64,000 nucleotides of DNA from Thalia democratica (Eukaryota), in the NCBI GenBank assembly GCA_965202585.1, contig OZ241826.1, positions 91,822,001 through 91,886,000 of the forward strand, written 5' to 3'. How positions within the stretch are numbered: position 1 is the stretch's first letter; every line of letters begins with the position of its first letter. The translations under genes and the position numbers were made by a program. The notes beneath the pieces were generated by a model. It had not been told where the DNA came from. It saw nothing but the letters and a program-made list of their open reading frames with translations, and did no database searches. Shown here in pieces: positions 63,617 through 64,000 of the stretch.

Positions 63617-63718
63617 ATTGTGAATGAAGTAAATGTTATTGTTTTCCGCCAAAAGTTTTTCCATTTGTTGTAAAACTGGTAAAATGTCATCCATATGTGT
63701 TCTCACCATTTTCTCTGC
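63617..63718 (-). CDS. Glutathione S-transferase, penultimate exon (gene continues beyond window)
   Basis: AEKMVRTHMDDILPVLQQMEKLLAENNNIYFIHN splices in phase 0 (donor GTATGT) to KLSYVD, giving the EK.L..N...F..NKL..D pattern. Confidence 0.8.
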
Positions 63719-64000
63719 CTATTTATTGTTGTTTTTTATTTTTCTTTTGTTTTAGGTTGAGATATTGTAGTTATTAACAAATAGTTTTTTTTTTTCATTT
63801 AAGATTTATTTGTTGTAAACTCATACAATTGTAATAAAATACAGTTTAACTCTCTACACGAATTATTAAATTATTGTACTAATATTTTTATAAAACTACT
63901 TAAAGTTTTATAAAAAAGATTTAAACAGTTGAAGATTTTTTCCATTGCAAAAGTTAAAAAAAAGTTTTGTCTGTTGACGAAGTAAAATTAATTTAGTTAG

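Noticed and set aside
1-64000. tRNA, rRNA and spliceosomal snRNA genes
   Set aside because: No cloverleaf or recognisable conserved segments found by eye. tRNAscan-SE and Infernal were not run.

Overview
Very AT-rich animal genomic DNA (roughly 20-25% GC by eye) with GT-AG introns and mostly GC-rich exons; a tunicate (ascidian) origin is an inference from gene style, not proven. Gene models reconstructed by hand: NUBP2/Cfd1 (4 exons, 8731-12791, +, 267 aa); a class A GPCR with signal peptide and 10-Cys ectodomain (4 exons, 30337-27396, -, 541 aa); an even-skipped homeobox gene Evx (4 exons, 41188-44072, +, 372 aa); the last two exons of a glutathione S-transferase (-, continuing past the window end); and a C-type-lectin-like exon (1850-2253). 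The main unexplained structure is that 46-61.5 kb is a scrambled duplicate of 16.6-40.3 kb. Its blocks are in mirror order and alternate in orientation. It carries a copy of the Evx upstream non-coding landscape (including a 239-bp core ~97% identical) joined to an in-frame 3' half of the GPCR, plus second decayed copies of a kelch gene and a trypsin-like gene. Also present: two minimal hammerhead ribozyme motifs, several hAT-type MITEs, decayed LINE RT fragments and four arrays of a 32-bp minisatellite in two inverted pairs. No rRNA, tRNA or CRISPR array seen.
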